Shown here: in pieces, positions 15,448 through 24,756 of the stretch
Position numbering within the stretch: the stretch's first letter is position 1
How the letters are laid out: each line of letters begins with the position of its first letter
Source of the DNA: Burkholderia phage FLC9
Sequence record: LC667451.1
Strand: one strand, 5' to 3'
DNA: 40,000 nucleotides
The notes under the pieces: model-generated
The model's database searches: none
Seen by the model: only the letters and a program-made list of their open reading frames with translations
What the model was told of the DNA's origin: nothing
Program-made: the position numbers and the translations under genes

Positions 15448-17007
15448 TTAGATCAGTATCCCGATCTGATCGCTGCGATAGCCGATCATCAATGGTTCCA
15501 GCAGCTTCTTGCGATGCTCATGGTACTCGATGTGCTTCGGGAAGTCTTGGCAGCTTAACCATACGAAGATGGGAGCACGCCCGTCATCCAGTTTGCGCAG
15601 ACGACCCAGACCCTGCACGTTCGACTGTGAAGACTTGACAGCCGTGGTGAGAATCGTGGTCGTCAATCCGGGGACGTCAACAGCTGTACCCGCGGACATG
15701 AGGGTCGTACACCGGATGTCTGGCAACATCAGGTTTTCGTACGGGTCCTCTTCGACGTACCGCATCACCGTCTTATCAGGATAGTTGCGCTTGAACCACT
15801 CAGTCGCATGCGTACACATGGCGATCGACGCGAAGAACAAGACGCACTTGTCTCCAGGGCGATAGAAATCGCTCTTCAGATAAGTCCCACGCATCAACAT
15901 GTTGATCATCTGCATGTAGTTCTCGGTCATCCGAGCAGACTTCATGATCGACTGTTCCAACACATTGTGCGAGTACGAAGACCGACCACGCGCGGTGATA
16001 CGGATCTTCGTTGGATCGGAGAAGCTATAGAAAACGGCACGACCAGTGATGTACTTGTCGTAAGGCAAACCTTGAAAGCGGTCCTTCCCAGGATACGCGA
16101 TGTCGGCCATCCGTTTCTTGAAATCATCGTCCGGAATCAGCGTGGCTGAAAGCGAGACAGACTCTTCGACGTGCGTGATGCAGTCGAACTTGAAGTTCAG
16201 GAGGAAGTCCTGGTGCACCTCGTCGATGATCCGAGTCCGTGCCTTCAAGTGCTGAAAGAGTTGCCAAGGATAGCAGGCGTAGCCCAACTCCAAGGTCTCT
16301 TCACGCTTCTGCTCGTACAGCTTCAGCCAGTTCTGCGCTGTCTTGTTACTGATGATGACCCACTGGTAGGACGGGGTGAGCTCCGTCGCAGCCAGTTCCA
16401 GCAAGCCCATCAGTTCCTCGGAGCCCTGAGCGACGATCACGTCGTCGATTTCAAGCTCGAAGGTTTTCCGTAAGTCGATCAGCCATTTCTCAATGTACAT
16501 GGGTCGAATTACCAGCACGCCAATCCCGCGCTTGTTGGTTTGCGACTTCATGGTACAGAACGACTTACCTTTACCCGTCTGAAGATCAACGAACTTCGAG
16601 ATAGGTGTCGGAGCATCGAGATACGCAATCACCGGTTCCTGGTAATCACGCACTGTCCACTCCGGCTTGATACGCATGAACACTTCCGGCGTGGGCTGAA
16701 GAGGGTGCTCGATCCACTCCACCAACTCGCCTTTGAGCATTCGCAACTCAAGATGAGCCTTGAAGTCCTTTAGCAAGTTGATGTGGAATCGAAACTCCTC
16801 GACGGGTTCACCTGGGCCACGGCGACATGACACCAGGAAGGCCTTGTCCTTATCCGGCACCTTGCGGAACCGGTTCGTACCAGGCACTTTCTCCCATTTC
16901 TCGGGTACGTATCTCCAGGCAAACCCCCCAACAATCGCGCGTGCGCGATCGGTCATCCACGTACACGCGAAGTTGTGGGAAAAGACTTCTATTCGTAACT
17001 CTGCCAT
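15448..17007 (-). CDS. SF2 DNA/RNA helicase, UvsW/DEAD-like
   Basis: Motif I DLQTGKGKSF, motif II IIDEVHQDF, motif III SLSATL, motif VI VQGLGRLRK. Confidence 0.9.
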   Translation of the reverse strand: MAELRIEVFSHNFACTWMTDRARAIVGGFAWRYVPEKWEKVPGTNRFRKVPDKDKAFLVSCRRGPGEPVEEFRFHINLLKDFKAHLELRMLKGELVEWIEHPLQPTPEVFMRIKPEWTVRDYQEPVIAYLDAPTPISKFVDLQTGKGKSFCTMKSQTNKRGIGVLVIRPMYIEKWLIDLRKTFELEIDDVIVAQGSEELMGLLELAATELTPSYQWVIISNKTAQNWLKLYEQKREETLELGYACYPWQLFQHLKARTRIIDEVHQDFLLNFKFDCITHVEESVSLSATLIPDDDFKKRMADIAYPGKDRFQGLPYDKYITGRAVFYSFSDPTKIRITARGRSSYSHNVLEQSIMKSARMTENYMQMINMLMRGTYLKSDFYRPGDKCVLFFASIAMCTHATEWFKRNYPDKTVMRYVEEDPYENLMLPDIRCTTLMSAGTAVDVPGLTTTILTTAVKSSQSNVQGLGRLRKLDDGRAPIFVWLSCQDFPKHIEYHEHRKKLLEPLMIGYRSDQIGILI

Positions 17008-17029
17008 TCGACATTACCCCGTAAGACCT

Positions 17030-19075
17030 TCACACCCCAGTGCCGAGCACCTCCTGCGGCAGAAGGATTGCGTCCATGGGATGGTCCGGTCGATTCTTCT
17101 TCGTGTAGCTTTCCGGGGAGATGAAGACATCGTAATGGCCTTCGTACGCCATCGTTGCCGACAGCGAACGACGATCCATCGTCATGTCCATCACACCCAG
17201 GCCGCGATCCGTCCACGGCTTGGGCAGTCGATAGTCATCATTTTCAGCACTGATGATCATCGCCCCATACAGTACAACCTCAACCACGGCCAAATTCACC
17301 GTCAGCTTGTCGTTCACGAGGTTATACAACTCCACGAGGAACGCATCAACCGAGGCCGCCATCTTGTCCCGCTCTTCCATCTGCTTCTTGCTCGACTCCA
17401 GCATGGATGCGATGTCTTTCGAGTGATCGCTCATGTTGAAGTGAATCAGCGGCAGCGTCATCACAGGTTCCGTAAAGTCCCAACCCGCCATGTCGATGAC
17501 GTAGTCGTTGTTGGCATTGAAATCCCAACCGACCTTACGGATGTGGCGCAGCATCGTGTACGTCATCGATGCCAGTCGACGGTTCTGGAAAGTCTTCACC
17601 CGTTCAGGCGGATACTCCACATTGCCGTCCTTCACAATCACCGCGACTTCCCGCATTTCCGAGACTTGCCGGATATTCAGGTCATCGACGTTGTGGTTGG
17701 CCATGACGTCTGTGATGTTCGGCGCATAGATCGCCGGAATCACGAGCTTCACGTCCTTGCCTTTCAGGCGATCCGCTAACAGGTACGACATCCCGTCGTT
17801 CGAGATCCGGAAGAGCTTGCGCTCCTCGGGCGTTAGCGTAATCGGCTCGACCGCCGCCGAGCTATCCAAGTGCTTGACTGACAGCACCGACTGCGAGGAC
17901 TTCTGCGCCATGCTCGTACAGCACATGTGGCCGATATTGGTTCGATCGTCCAGCACCGAGAGGCTCAGTTCGCCGAAACACGTCGAACACACGCCATACG
18001 GGTCCGGATGCGCACAATGAATCACCGAGCGCAGCTTCACATACTTGCCGATCAGTTCGGTTTCGTGGCCGGTGATCGTCTTGAGCTTGCCAGTTGCCTC
18101 GTCCAGATAGTGCTTGCCTTGCAGCAGCGGTAGGTCGCCTGCGAAGGAGATGTCGCCTTCGTCGTTGAACTCCACCCCTCGCACTTGCCAGCTGAGGTAT
18201 TCCTTCGTTCCGCAATCGGTATCCTGATGCAGGTTGCGCAGGGTCTGACACATCAACTGCAGACGCCGTGAGAAATACTCGGCTTCTTGCAGCGGCGACT
18301 TCGAGAACTGCAGTGCCTTCGCAGCGGACCGCGACTCGATCACCGAATCGTACAGCGTTCGGATACCCTCGACGTAACCAGGGATGATCGGGAAACGGAA
18401 CTGATTCGAGTTGATGTCGGTCAGATAGCCGCGTGGTCCGATGGACTGCTGTACCTGGTTCTGGTTCACCAGCTTCGAACGCAGCGCCAAGCTCACCGGA
18501 TTGCGCGGCAGATCGATACCGTTGCCCAACACCTCGTCGATGATCGCGTAGGCTTCCTTGATCATGCGCGCGCCTTCGTCCGGTGACTTGTGGATCGCCG
18601 GTGCGACTGCTTCCTTCATCGCAATGATCTTCGGATGGTCCAGCACTTCCAGCCAATCGAGAATATCCATCGATGCGACGTACTCTTCGCAACGTGTGGA
18701 CATTTCGTTGTAGATCTTGTTGGTCAGCGCATAGACCTTCGACGCCAGGACATCGCGTGTCACCTGGTGACGATACGCCTCATACACCGACCACATACAG
18801 TTGCCCAGCAGGTCCAAGTGCGTCCCGGAACCCAGCCGTTTCTTGCCCAGAATCGTGCGCACGTGGTGCTTCTTCAGCAGAGGCGTGTTCGGGTACTGCC
18901 TGTGGAAATCCCAGGCGTAACTCGAATACACGGTCTCACGCCAATTGGTTTCCACTTCCTCGTTATCGTCGAAGATCAAGGTGAACGTGCCTGTGAGCAC
19001 ATCCCACATGTCTTCTGACGGAATGTCGAGGAGTTTGCGCGCCCGAATCCGCACTTGCTGCGTTTTCATGAGCAT
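17030..19075 (-). CDS. DNA-directed RNA polymerase beta' C-terminal-like subunit (probable non-virion RNAP)
   Basis: GYVEGIRTLYDSVIESRSAAKALQFSKSPLQEAEYFSRRLQLMCQTLRNLHQDTDCGTKEYL matches the beta' bridge-helix/trigger-loop side (..TANSGYLTRRLVDVAQD..TEDDCGT..). Followed by zinc-like HCAHPDPYGVCSTCFGEL. Confidence 0.9.
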   Translation of the reverse strand: MLMKTQQVRIRARKLLDIPSEDMWDVLTGTFTLIFDDNEEVETNWRETVYSSYAWDFHRQYPNTPLLKKHHVRTILGKKRLGSGTHLDLLGNCMWSVYEAYRHQVTRDVLASKVYALTNKIYNEMSTRCEEYVASMDILDWLEVLDHPKIIAMKEAVAPAIHKSPDEGARMIKEAYAIIDEVLGNGIDLPRNPVSLALRSKLVNQNQVQQSIGPRGYLTDINSNQFRFPIIPGYVEGIRTLYDSVIESRSAAKALQFSKSPLQEAEYFSRRLQLMCQTLRNLHQDTDCGTKEYLSWQVRGVEFNDEGDISFAGDLPLLQGKHYLDEATGKLKTITGHETELIGKYVKLRSVIHCAHPDPYGVCSTCFGELSLSVLDDRTNIGHMCCTSMAQKSSQSVLSVKHLDSSAAVEPITLTPEERKLFRISNDGMSYLLADRLKGKDVKLVIPAIYAPNITDVMANHNVDDLNIRQVSEMREVAVIVKDGNVEYPPERVKTFQNRRLASMTYTMLRHIRKVGWDFNANNDYVIDMAGWDFTEPVMTLPLIHFNMSDHSKDIASMLESSKKQMEERDKMAASVDAFLVELYNLVNDKLTVNLAVVEVVLYGAMIISAENDDYRLPKPWTDRGLGVMDMTMDRRSLSATMAYEGHYDVFISPESYTKKNRPDHPMDAILLPQEVLGTGV

Positions 19076-19127
19076 AGTGCTCTCCTTGTTTCATCAGGGG
19101 ATACCCGCCAGTATCCCCTGTCCGGCG

Positions 19128-21323
19128 CTAGGCCATCTTCTGTTTCGGGAAGTACTGATCGTTGGCTGGCTCGTAGACAAACTTCCAGCCTCCGCACTGG
19201 GCGACATGTCGGACCAATTGCAGCGGCTTGGAGCCACCGAGCGGAACGACATTGCGATCGACCACGGAATGCAACGCCGTGGGCTTCTCGGCACGTAGCA
19301 ACGTTTCCAGGATATGCTTGTGCGTGAACGGGTTGTTGTTCCGGTCGAGGATGTCGGCCATGATCTTCGGACCCGCGTACGACACACCGATGCGAACTTC
19401 TGCTTCCCCCCACGCCCGGATGGCTTGTGTGCGGGTCGGTGCTGCATACTTGTCGGCGTTGGTAACTTGCGAGAGCACGCCAAAGTGCTGCAGCTTCCCG
19501 GACGATACAGCTGTCCAGTCGTCTGCGATCTTCTCGAGGATGATGATGTACACCGAGCCAATCCGCACGTTGTTCTTCGTGACAGACCGTACGCCCGAGT
19601 TGCCTATGTACGTCACCGGACCCCACACCGGCGGATACTTCTCCTGGATCTCCCGCACCATCGGGATATACGCAGGATCGTTTTCCGGCGGCATGAACAG
19701 ATAGAGTCCATTCCTGCAGCTGTGGATGACGCTGGCCAGATGTTCCGCCCGAGATCGGGTGTACTGTCCGGTTCGGAACCAGCTTGCCTGGAGCGGTGAA
19801 CAGATCTGATAGAAGCCGAGCAGATACTCCCACACCTCGTCCATGAGTTGGGGATTCTCGTTTTCCAGCTGGGCCAGCATCTTCGTCAAGCGCCATTCCG
19901 GCTCATCACGATCGATGCGCAACATACCCACGATCCGCTTCATCACATCGCGACCCGCCGCATTAATAAACGGCTCGTACAGACGACCGTAGTTCATGCG
20001 GTTCACCGTCGATTCACCCGACACGATGATGTCAGCGCGATTGCCTTCTTCATCCACCGGCATTTCATGCGGTTCGCAGATCTTGCAGATCACGCCCTTG
20101 CCGCCGAAGCAGTCCGTCAGCTTAAAGCCGATGGTCGGGGTGATTTCGTACTCGATCACGAATTCCACACGCCAATCGTCCAACGGCGCTTGGCGATACA
20201 GCTTCTTGATGGACTCGCTCGGCGACTGGCTGTTCTTGCCGACCACACTGATGGCCTCCACCACCAGTCGATGGAACTCCGGCGTCAAACGCGGTGCTAC
20301 ACCCGGATGCTTGCTCTTCAGGCGGTTGTACGTCTGCAGGATTTCCTGATAGAACTCGCGCCGAGCGCGATCATAACGCAGCGGTTGCTCATCCATGCCT
20401 TCAGGAATCGCCGAACCTTGGCTGTTCAGGTCGTGATGCACCCGAATATCCACCACCTTGCCGCCTGTGGGCACATACGTCGCCTTGTCGAACATGAAAT
20501 CCGGCTGACGCAACGCCGCACCGCTTTGCTCCACCACGGCCAGACTTTCGTCATAGCTACGCAGCATCATGAGCAGGCCATCTTCACGCACGATGTCGCC
20601 GATGTCCGGGAACGCCTTGTATTTCTTGTGGTCGCCATAGAGGTTGAGCGGGAACCGCTTCGAACCCCATTCGACTACGCGCGTTTCGTACGTCTTGAAC
20701 GTAAACCGGTCCAGAACGTCGCGGGAAATCACGATACCGTCTTCAGCCACGCCCGGAATGGACATGTACGCAACGTTGCATTGCGCGCCGTACTTGTAAC
20801 CGCCATCGGGAGTGACCGCGGGCGAATCGAGGAAAATCTCGCCCTCCGGAATTTCCATGTCCTTGACGAGCTTGGCTCGGCCGGACCGAGGTACATACGG
20901 GAAGCCAAAGTACTGGTGCTGAGAGCAGTACTTCGGGAGATTGATCATGCCAATCTCTTTGTTATCGCTGCGCTCGTAGATCACGATCTGCTGAGGATTT
21001 TGTTCCCCATGCTCGATGATCGAATCCATGCCATACGACGTTCGATACCGATCGATGACAGCGCGCACCTGGCCCGTATGGGGCATCTTCACGTTCCAGG
21101 TATATTTGCCAAACTCCCGCTCCATGCCGGTCTGACAGAAGCGCTCGGTCGATCCCTTAATCACCAGGGTCTGACCGATGTGGCTGGAGAACATCTGCTC
21201 ACGCGATGCAGAGTTCGCACCTTTCCAGGGATTCAGGCCGCACACACCCAACAGTTGCCGCAACAGTTGGTTCGGTTCCGGAATCGGCTGGTAGACACGC
21301 CTCTCAGCTGATTGAACACTCAT
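19128..21323 (-). CDS. DNA-directed RNA polymerase beta C-terminal-like subunit (probable non-virion RNAP)
   Basis: YGAQCNVAYMSIPGVAEDGIVISRD and GFKLTDCFGGKGVICKICEPHEMPVDEEGNRADIIVSGESTVNRMNYGRLYE match the beta KxxxRHGxKGVxxxI..EDMP...DIxxNPxGVPSRMNxGQxxE region. ATG at 21323 has RBS gagg; the ORF extends to 21374. Confidence 0.92.
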   Translation of the reverse strand: MSVQSAERRVYQPIPEPNQLLRQLLGVCGLNPWKGANSASREQMFSSHIGQTLVIKGSTERFCQTGMEREFGKYTWNVKMPHTGQVRAVIDRYRTSYGMDSIIEHGEQNPQQIVIYERSDNKEIGMINLPKYCSQHQYFGFPYVPRSGRAKLVKDMEIPEGEIFLDSPAVTPDGGYKYGAQCNVAYMSIPGVAEDGIVISRDVLDRFTFKTYETRVVEWGSKRFPLNLYGDHKKYKAFPDIGDIVREDGLLMMLRSYDESLAVVEQSGAALRQPDFMFDKATYVPTGGKVVDIRVHHDLNSQGSAIPEGMDEQPLRYDRARREFYQEILQTYNRLKSKHPGVAPRLTPEFHRLVVEAISVVGKNSQSPSESIKKLYRQAPLDDWRVEFVIEYEITPTIGFKLTDCFGGKGVICKICEPHEMPVDEEGNRADIIVSGESTVNRMNYGRLYEPFINAAGRDVMKRIVGMLRIDRDEPEWRLTKMLAQLENENPQLMDEVWEYLLGFYQICSPLQASWFRTGQYTRSRAEHLASVIHSCRNGLYLFMPPENDPAYIPMVREIQEKYPPVWGPVTYIGNSGVRSVTKNNVRIGSVYIIILEKIADDWTAVSSGKLQHFGVLSQVTNADKYAAPTRTQAIRAWGEAEVRIGVSYAGPKIMADILDRNNNPFTHKHILETLLRAEKPTALHSVVDRNVVPLGGSKPLQLVRHVAQCGGWKFVYEPANDQYFPKQKMA

Positions 21324-21432
21324 CGTTCTTTCCTCGTTGTAACGACTACTTTTATTGTCCCACATCACTGCCACTAATTCACTCTTTCGAATGAACTCGC
21401 AGAAATCATCTGAGACACTCCGTACTACCTAT

Positions 21433-21446
21433 GTTAGTAATATGTG
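21433..21446 (-). promoter_or_regulatory. candidate phage RNAP promoter motif CACATATTACTAAC
   Basis: Member of the YATATYACYAAC family, upstream of the RNAP beta gene. Confidence 0.55.
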
Positions 21447-21471
21447 ATTGAATTCTTTTTAGGCGGAATCG

Positions 21472-21810
21472 ATGGATATTAACAAGCTTTCGGTTGGATT
21501 GGACAACTTGGATTACTACAGTGATGGTTTCCGCAATCTGCTGGAGGATCACTACTCCTGGTTGAAGACACAGTCGAGCACCAAGACTGTACCCATTGAC
21601 GCTTATCTGGCGGTGCGCTACGAGTTTGACTTCTATGGGCTCTTGCAGAATCAGAACGTACCCACAGAGTTGCACTGGATCGTCATGCGTCTGACAGGTT
21701 ACACTTCACCCGATCAGATGACACGCGATCTTCAGTCTTACGTCTTGCCCGATCCCTCGGTGATCAGTCGCTTGTATTCGACGTATAGCGCAAAGACTGG
21801 CGTGAGCTAG
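21472..21810 (+). CDS. hypothetical protein (112 aa)
   Basis: Plus-strand ORF in a gap between minus-strand genes. Followed at its stop by a gtgagc-tag-gctcac hairpin. Confidence 0.65.
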   Translation: MDINKLSVGLDNLDYYSDGFRNLLEDHYSWLKTQSSTKTVPIDAYLAVRYEFDFYGLLQNQNVPTELHWIVMRLTGYTSPDQMTRDLQSYVLPDPSVISRLYSTYSAKTGVS

Positions 21811-21836
21811 GCTCACTATACATGACGTGGATGAAT

Positions 21837-21872
21837 AAAAAAAAAGAAGGAGGGGCGCTAAGCCTCTCCTTC
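21837..21872 (-). terminator. intrinsic terminator
   Basis: gaaggaggggc-gctaa-gcctctccttc (21846-21872) beside plus-strand A9, after the gene ending at 21903. Confidence 0.75.
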
Positions 21873-21902
21873 TATGCCGTACTCTGACTGTCCTAGCTCA
21901 GA

Positions 21903-23180
21903 TTACAGACGGTACTGTTGCGACTGCTGACCCCAGCTGTTGCCGCCCTGGTTACCCCAGCCGCCACCGCCACCGCCCCATGCGCCACCGCCCCAGGACT
22001 GCTGGACCGGTGCCGACGGGTTGGACAGCGAGGCACGTTGCGGTGCTTGCTGCCAGGACTGGCCGGGATTCCAGCCATGCGAACCGCCCCAACCCACGGC
22101 TTGTTGCAGTGCCGGTTTCGACCGCACGAGCGATTCGAAGTCGGTACCACCACCAGGGCCGCGCGAAACGGGTGCCGGGCTCGAAGCCGGTTGCGGTGCC
22201 GTCTGACCCCAGCTAACCTGGGCACGCGCGGGTTCCGGCGGCTTCACCGTGCCAAAGCTCACACCAGGCGTCTGGTTCTTCGACTGACCTTCGGCTTCCG
22301 TACCGGCGACCGAACCTTCGTTACCCGCTTGCATCGGCGTGGAACGAATCTCGGGCAGCAGTTCGTCGAGGTTGTCGAGTTGTTCGCTCCAGCCCGATTC
22401 GATCGTCAGGTTATCCGGCAGCACGCCTTCGAAACGGCTGAGCAGATCGTTCAGCGGCGCCGCCACCGCGCGCACGGAAAGCATCAGGGCTTCGATGGAC
22501 GGTGCAATCGTGCTATTCGAGCCACGGTTGTACACGCCCGCGATGTCCTGTTCCGGCAGGATGTAGTCGAGCAGGCCCGCCAGTGCTTCACGGTCCTTCA
22601 CGCGCAGCTTCACGCCATGCAGTTCGCCGTCCGACTTCTTCAGATCGTTGTAGAACGGGAAATGCACCACACCTACACGCGAATAGCGTTTGTCGCCGAC
22701 CGTGCCGCCACGTTTGATGAACATCGAGACGAACAGCTTCTGGTGTGCAGCGGCCGGAAGCGAGTCCATGATCTTCTTCAGCGCGATCAGCGTCTTCTCG
22801 TCCGCGTTCTTGACTTTCGACAGGAACTCGGACTGTTCGGGCGTGAGCTTGTGCTGTTCAGCCTGGCTGGTGCCCAGCGTGAGCAGCATCGTGACGATCG
22901 AGCCGATCACCACGTTCAGGCGCGCATTGATTGCCAGGCGAAAGCGCTCGAACACTTCCGATTCGCCCCGCATCACGTTTTCCACCAGCGGATGGAAGGC
23001 GATCTTCGTGTCCGGGTTCGGCGCACGTTGATGTTCCGGCGTGGGCAACACCAGACGGCGACCCTTGAGCGTCATCGGCTTGGGGTCCTTGCTCGTAGCG
23101 ACCGATACACAACCATCGCTCGTGACGATCAGGCCTGCCGCGCCCAGAATCGACTCGTAGAAATCCAACATTTTACTCAT
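21903..23180 (-). CDS. hypothetical protein with Gly/Gln/Trp-rich C-terminal tail
   Basis: 425 aa ORF. Tail SWQQAPQRASLSNPSAPVQQSWGGGAWGGGGGGWGNQGGNSWGQQSQQYRL. Confidence 0.75.
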   Translation of the reverse strand: MSKMLDFYESILGAAGLIVTSDGCVSVATSKDPKPMTLKGRRLVLPTPEHQRAPNPDTKIAFHPLVENVMRGESEVFERFRLAINARLNVVIGSIVTMLLTLGTSQAEQHKLTPEQSEFLSKVKNADEKTLIALKKIMDSLPAAAHQKLFVSMFIKRGGTVGDKRYSRVGVVHFPFYNDLKKSDGELHGVKLRVKDREALAGLLDYILPEQDIAGVYNRGSNSTIAPSIEALMLSVRAVAAPLNDLLSRFEGVLPDNLTIESGWSEQLDNLDELLPEIRSTPMQAGNEGSVAGTEAEGQSKNQTPGVSFGTVKPPEPARAQVSWGQTAPQPASSPAPVSRGPGGGTDFESLVRSKPALQQAVGWGGSHGWNPGQSWQQAPQRASLSNPSAPVQQSWGGGAWGGGGGGWGNQGGNSWGQQSQQYRL

Positions 23181-23217
23181 TATTTTCTCCTACCCCAGTC
23201 GCCTGGGGCGTCTGATG

Positions 23218-24732
23218 TTACAGTTTCCAATCACCACTGAAACCTTGCGTCCCGTGGAACGAACCGCTCGGATCGACGTTGTTCGGGCTCAATGCCGCCG
23301 TGAAGAGGCTATCGAAGTCCGATGCGAGTTGCAGCGAGCGCTGGTCGTTGTTGGTCACGACCGGCACCAGCAACGCATCGCAAAAGCTCGGCAACACGAA
23401 GGTCTCGAATTCACCACCATTCATCGAGACTTCGATGATCGATTCGCCGAGCAAGTCGATCTGCAGATTGAACAGATAGTCGATCTGGTTGTCGAACGAC
23501 AGGTCGTTGAGCACCTCGTGGACCACCCGCCACTTAAAGCGCTCGATGAACTGCGTCATGTCGATCGTCGTGCCTGCCATCGCCGGGAAGTCCAGCATCT
23601 GCGAGACGACTACCTCGCCTTGCCGGAACTCATTGCGATTGGACATGTGCACGATGATCTTCGCGATCGCATTGTCCACCATGATCGCCGGGATCGAGTG
23701 ACCCAGGATCGTTGCCACCTGCGTGTACTGGTTCGACGCTTGCCAACCCACTTCCGTCGACTGGTTGTGGAAGAAGCCCGAATGGCCGTACGGGTTCATC
23801 GCCGATGCTTGACCTTGCATGGTCAGGATGGCGATGTCGTCGTCCAGCGCATGCGGATCGAGACGCGTCAAATCGCGCAGCGTGAATACGTTGCCTTGTG
23901 AGCCACGCAGTCGATTCATCGCTGCCATGAACGCATCTTGCGAGACCGATTGTTCGGCTGCCGTACCTCGTGCCTGACTGAGGATTTGATCCTCGGACTG
24001 ACCCATGGCGTCGATCTTCATCGCCGTCTTGTAGTTCTCGAACAAGCTCGCGGCGTACGCGGTGGTATTGGCATTGGCTCGCCACGATTTCTGCGGCATG
24101 CCCGTGATGAGCGTGCGCGTGTCGTTCATGTCGAGATTCTGCTGACCCAGGCCGATGCGTGTCATCGTCGAGTATACGTCTGCCGGACGCATGCGGTACT
24201 CTTTCTCGGGCTGGTGAATGCCGTCGAAGTGGTTGTCCACGATGATGTGCGCATTGTCCGCCACGTTGTAATACTCGCGATTGCCCACGCCGGTGCGCGC
24301 CACGAGTCGGCGCAGGCTCATCGTCGAATTCACGTAAAAGCCCATGTCCGGGTCGACGGTGCCTTGCAGGCTCGGATCGAAGTACTCCGAGTAGCCGGTG
24401 ATGATCTGCGTGATTTCGACACCTGCCGGTCCGATATGGTCAAGCAACAGCATGAAGCGCAAACGACGTGTGCCCCAGCCGTGTGCAATGCCGACTTCCT
24501 TCTCGTACGTGGCGCTCGGCAAGATGAAACGGTTGGCGATCCCTGCCAGGTTCGCAGCCGTCACACTTTGCGCGGGGTCGATGCGCTCGTGCACCATCAT
24601 CTCGACATCGGGTGTCACGACCGTTTCGTACGGTCGACGATATTGCGGTGCGTTACCGTTCGTTTCGATCATGACGAGTTGGCGAACCCGGAACTTGTCG
24701 CCCATCCCGACACCATTGAAGTTGTGCTGCAT
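23218..24732 (-). CDS. conserved-looking phiKZ-like protein; positional candidate for phiKZ gp69 (Imp1/PicA) homolog
   Basis: 504 aa ORF. Identity inferred only from gene order between a gp68-like position and the RNAP beta gene. Confidence 0.45.
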   Translation of the reverse strand: MQHNFNGVGMGDKFRVRQLVMIETNGNAPQYRRPYETVVTPDVEMMVHERIDPAQSVTAANLAGIANRFILPSATYEKEVGIAHGWGTRRLRFMLLLDHIGPAGVEITQIITGYSEYFDPSLQGTVDPDMGFYVNSTMSLRRLVARTGVGNREYYNVADNAHIIVDNHFDGIHQPEKEYRMRPADVYSTMTRIGLGQQNLDMNDTRTLITGMPQKSWRANANTTAYAASLFENYKTAMKIDAMGQSEDQILSQARGTAAEQSVSQDAFMAAMNRLRGSQGNVFTLRDLTRLDPHALDDDIAILTMQGQASAMNPYGHSGFFHNQSTEVGWQASNQYTQVATILGHSIPAIMVDNAIAKIIVHMSNRNEFRQGEVVVSQMLDFPAMAGTTIDMTQFIERFKWRVVHEVLNDLSFDNQIDYLFNLQIDLLGESIIEVSMNGGEFETFVLPSFCDALLVPVVTNNDQRSLQLASDFDSLFTAALSPNNVDPSGSFHGTQGFSGDWKL

Positions 24733-24756
24733 CTTAACGCTCCTTGTTTCGTTTGC

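Noticed and set aside
17862-18692. 276-aa minus-strand ORF in another frame within the beta' C-terminal gene
   Set aside because: Out-of-frame shadow of 17030-19075.
19848-21311. 487-aa plus-strand ORF opposite RNAP beta
   Set aside because: Antisense to a gene with clear RNAP motifs. No independent support.
22000-22100. Possible degenerate repeat array in Gly/Gln/Trp coding region
   Set aside because: Explained by amino acid composition of the protein tail; no conserved nucleotide period.
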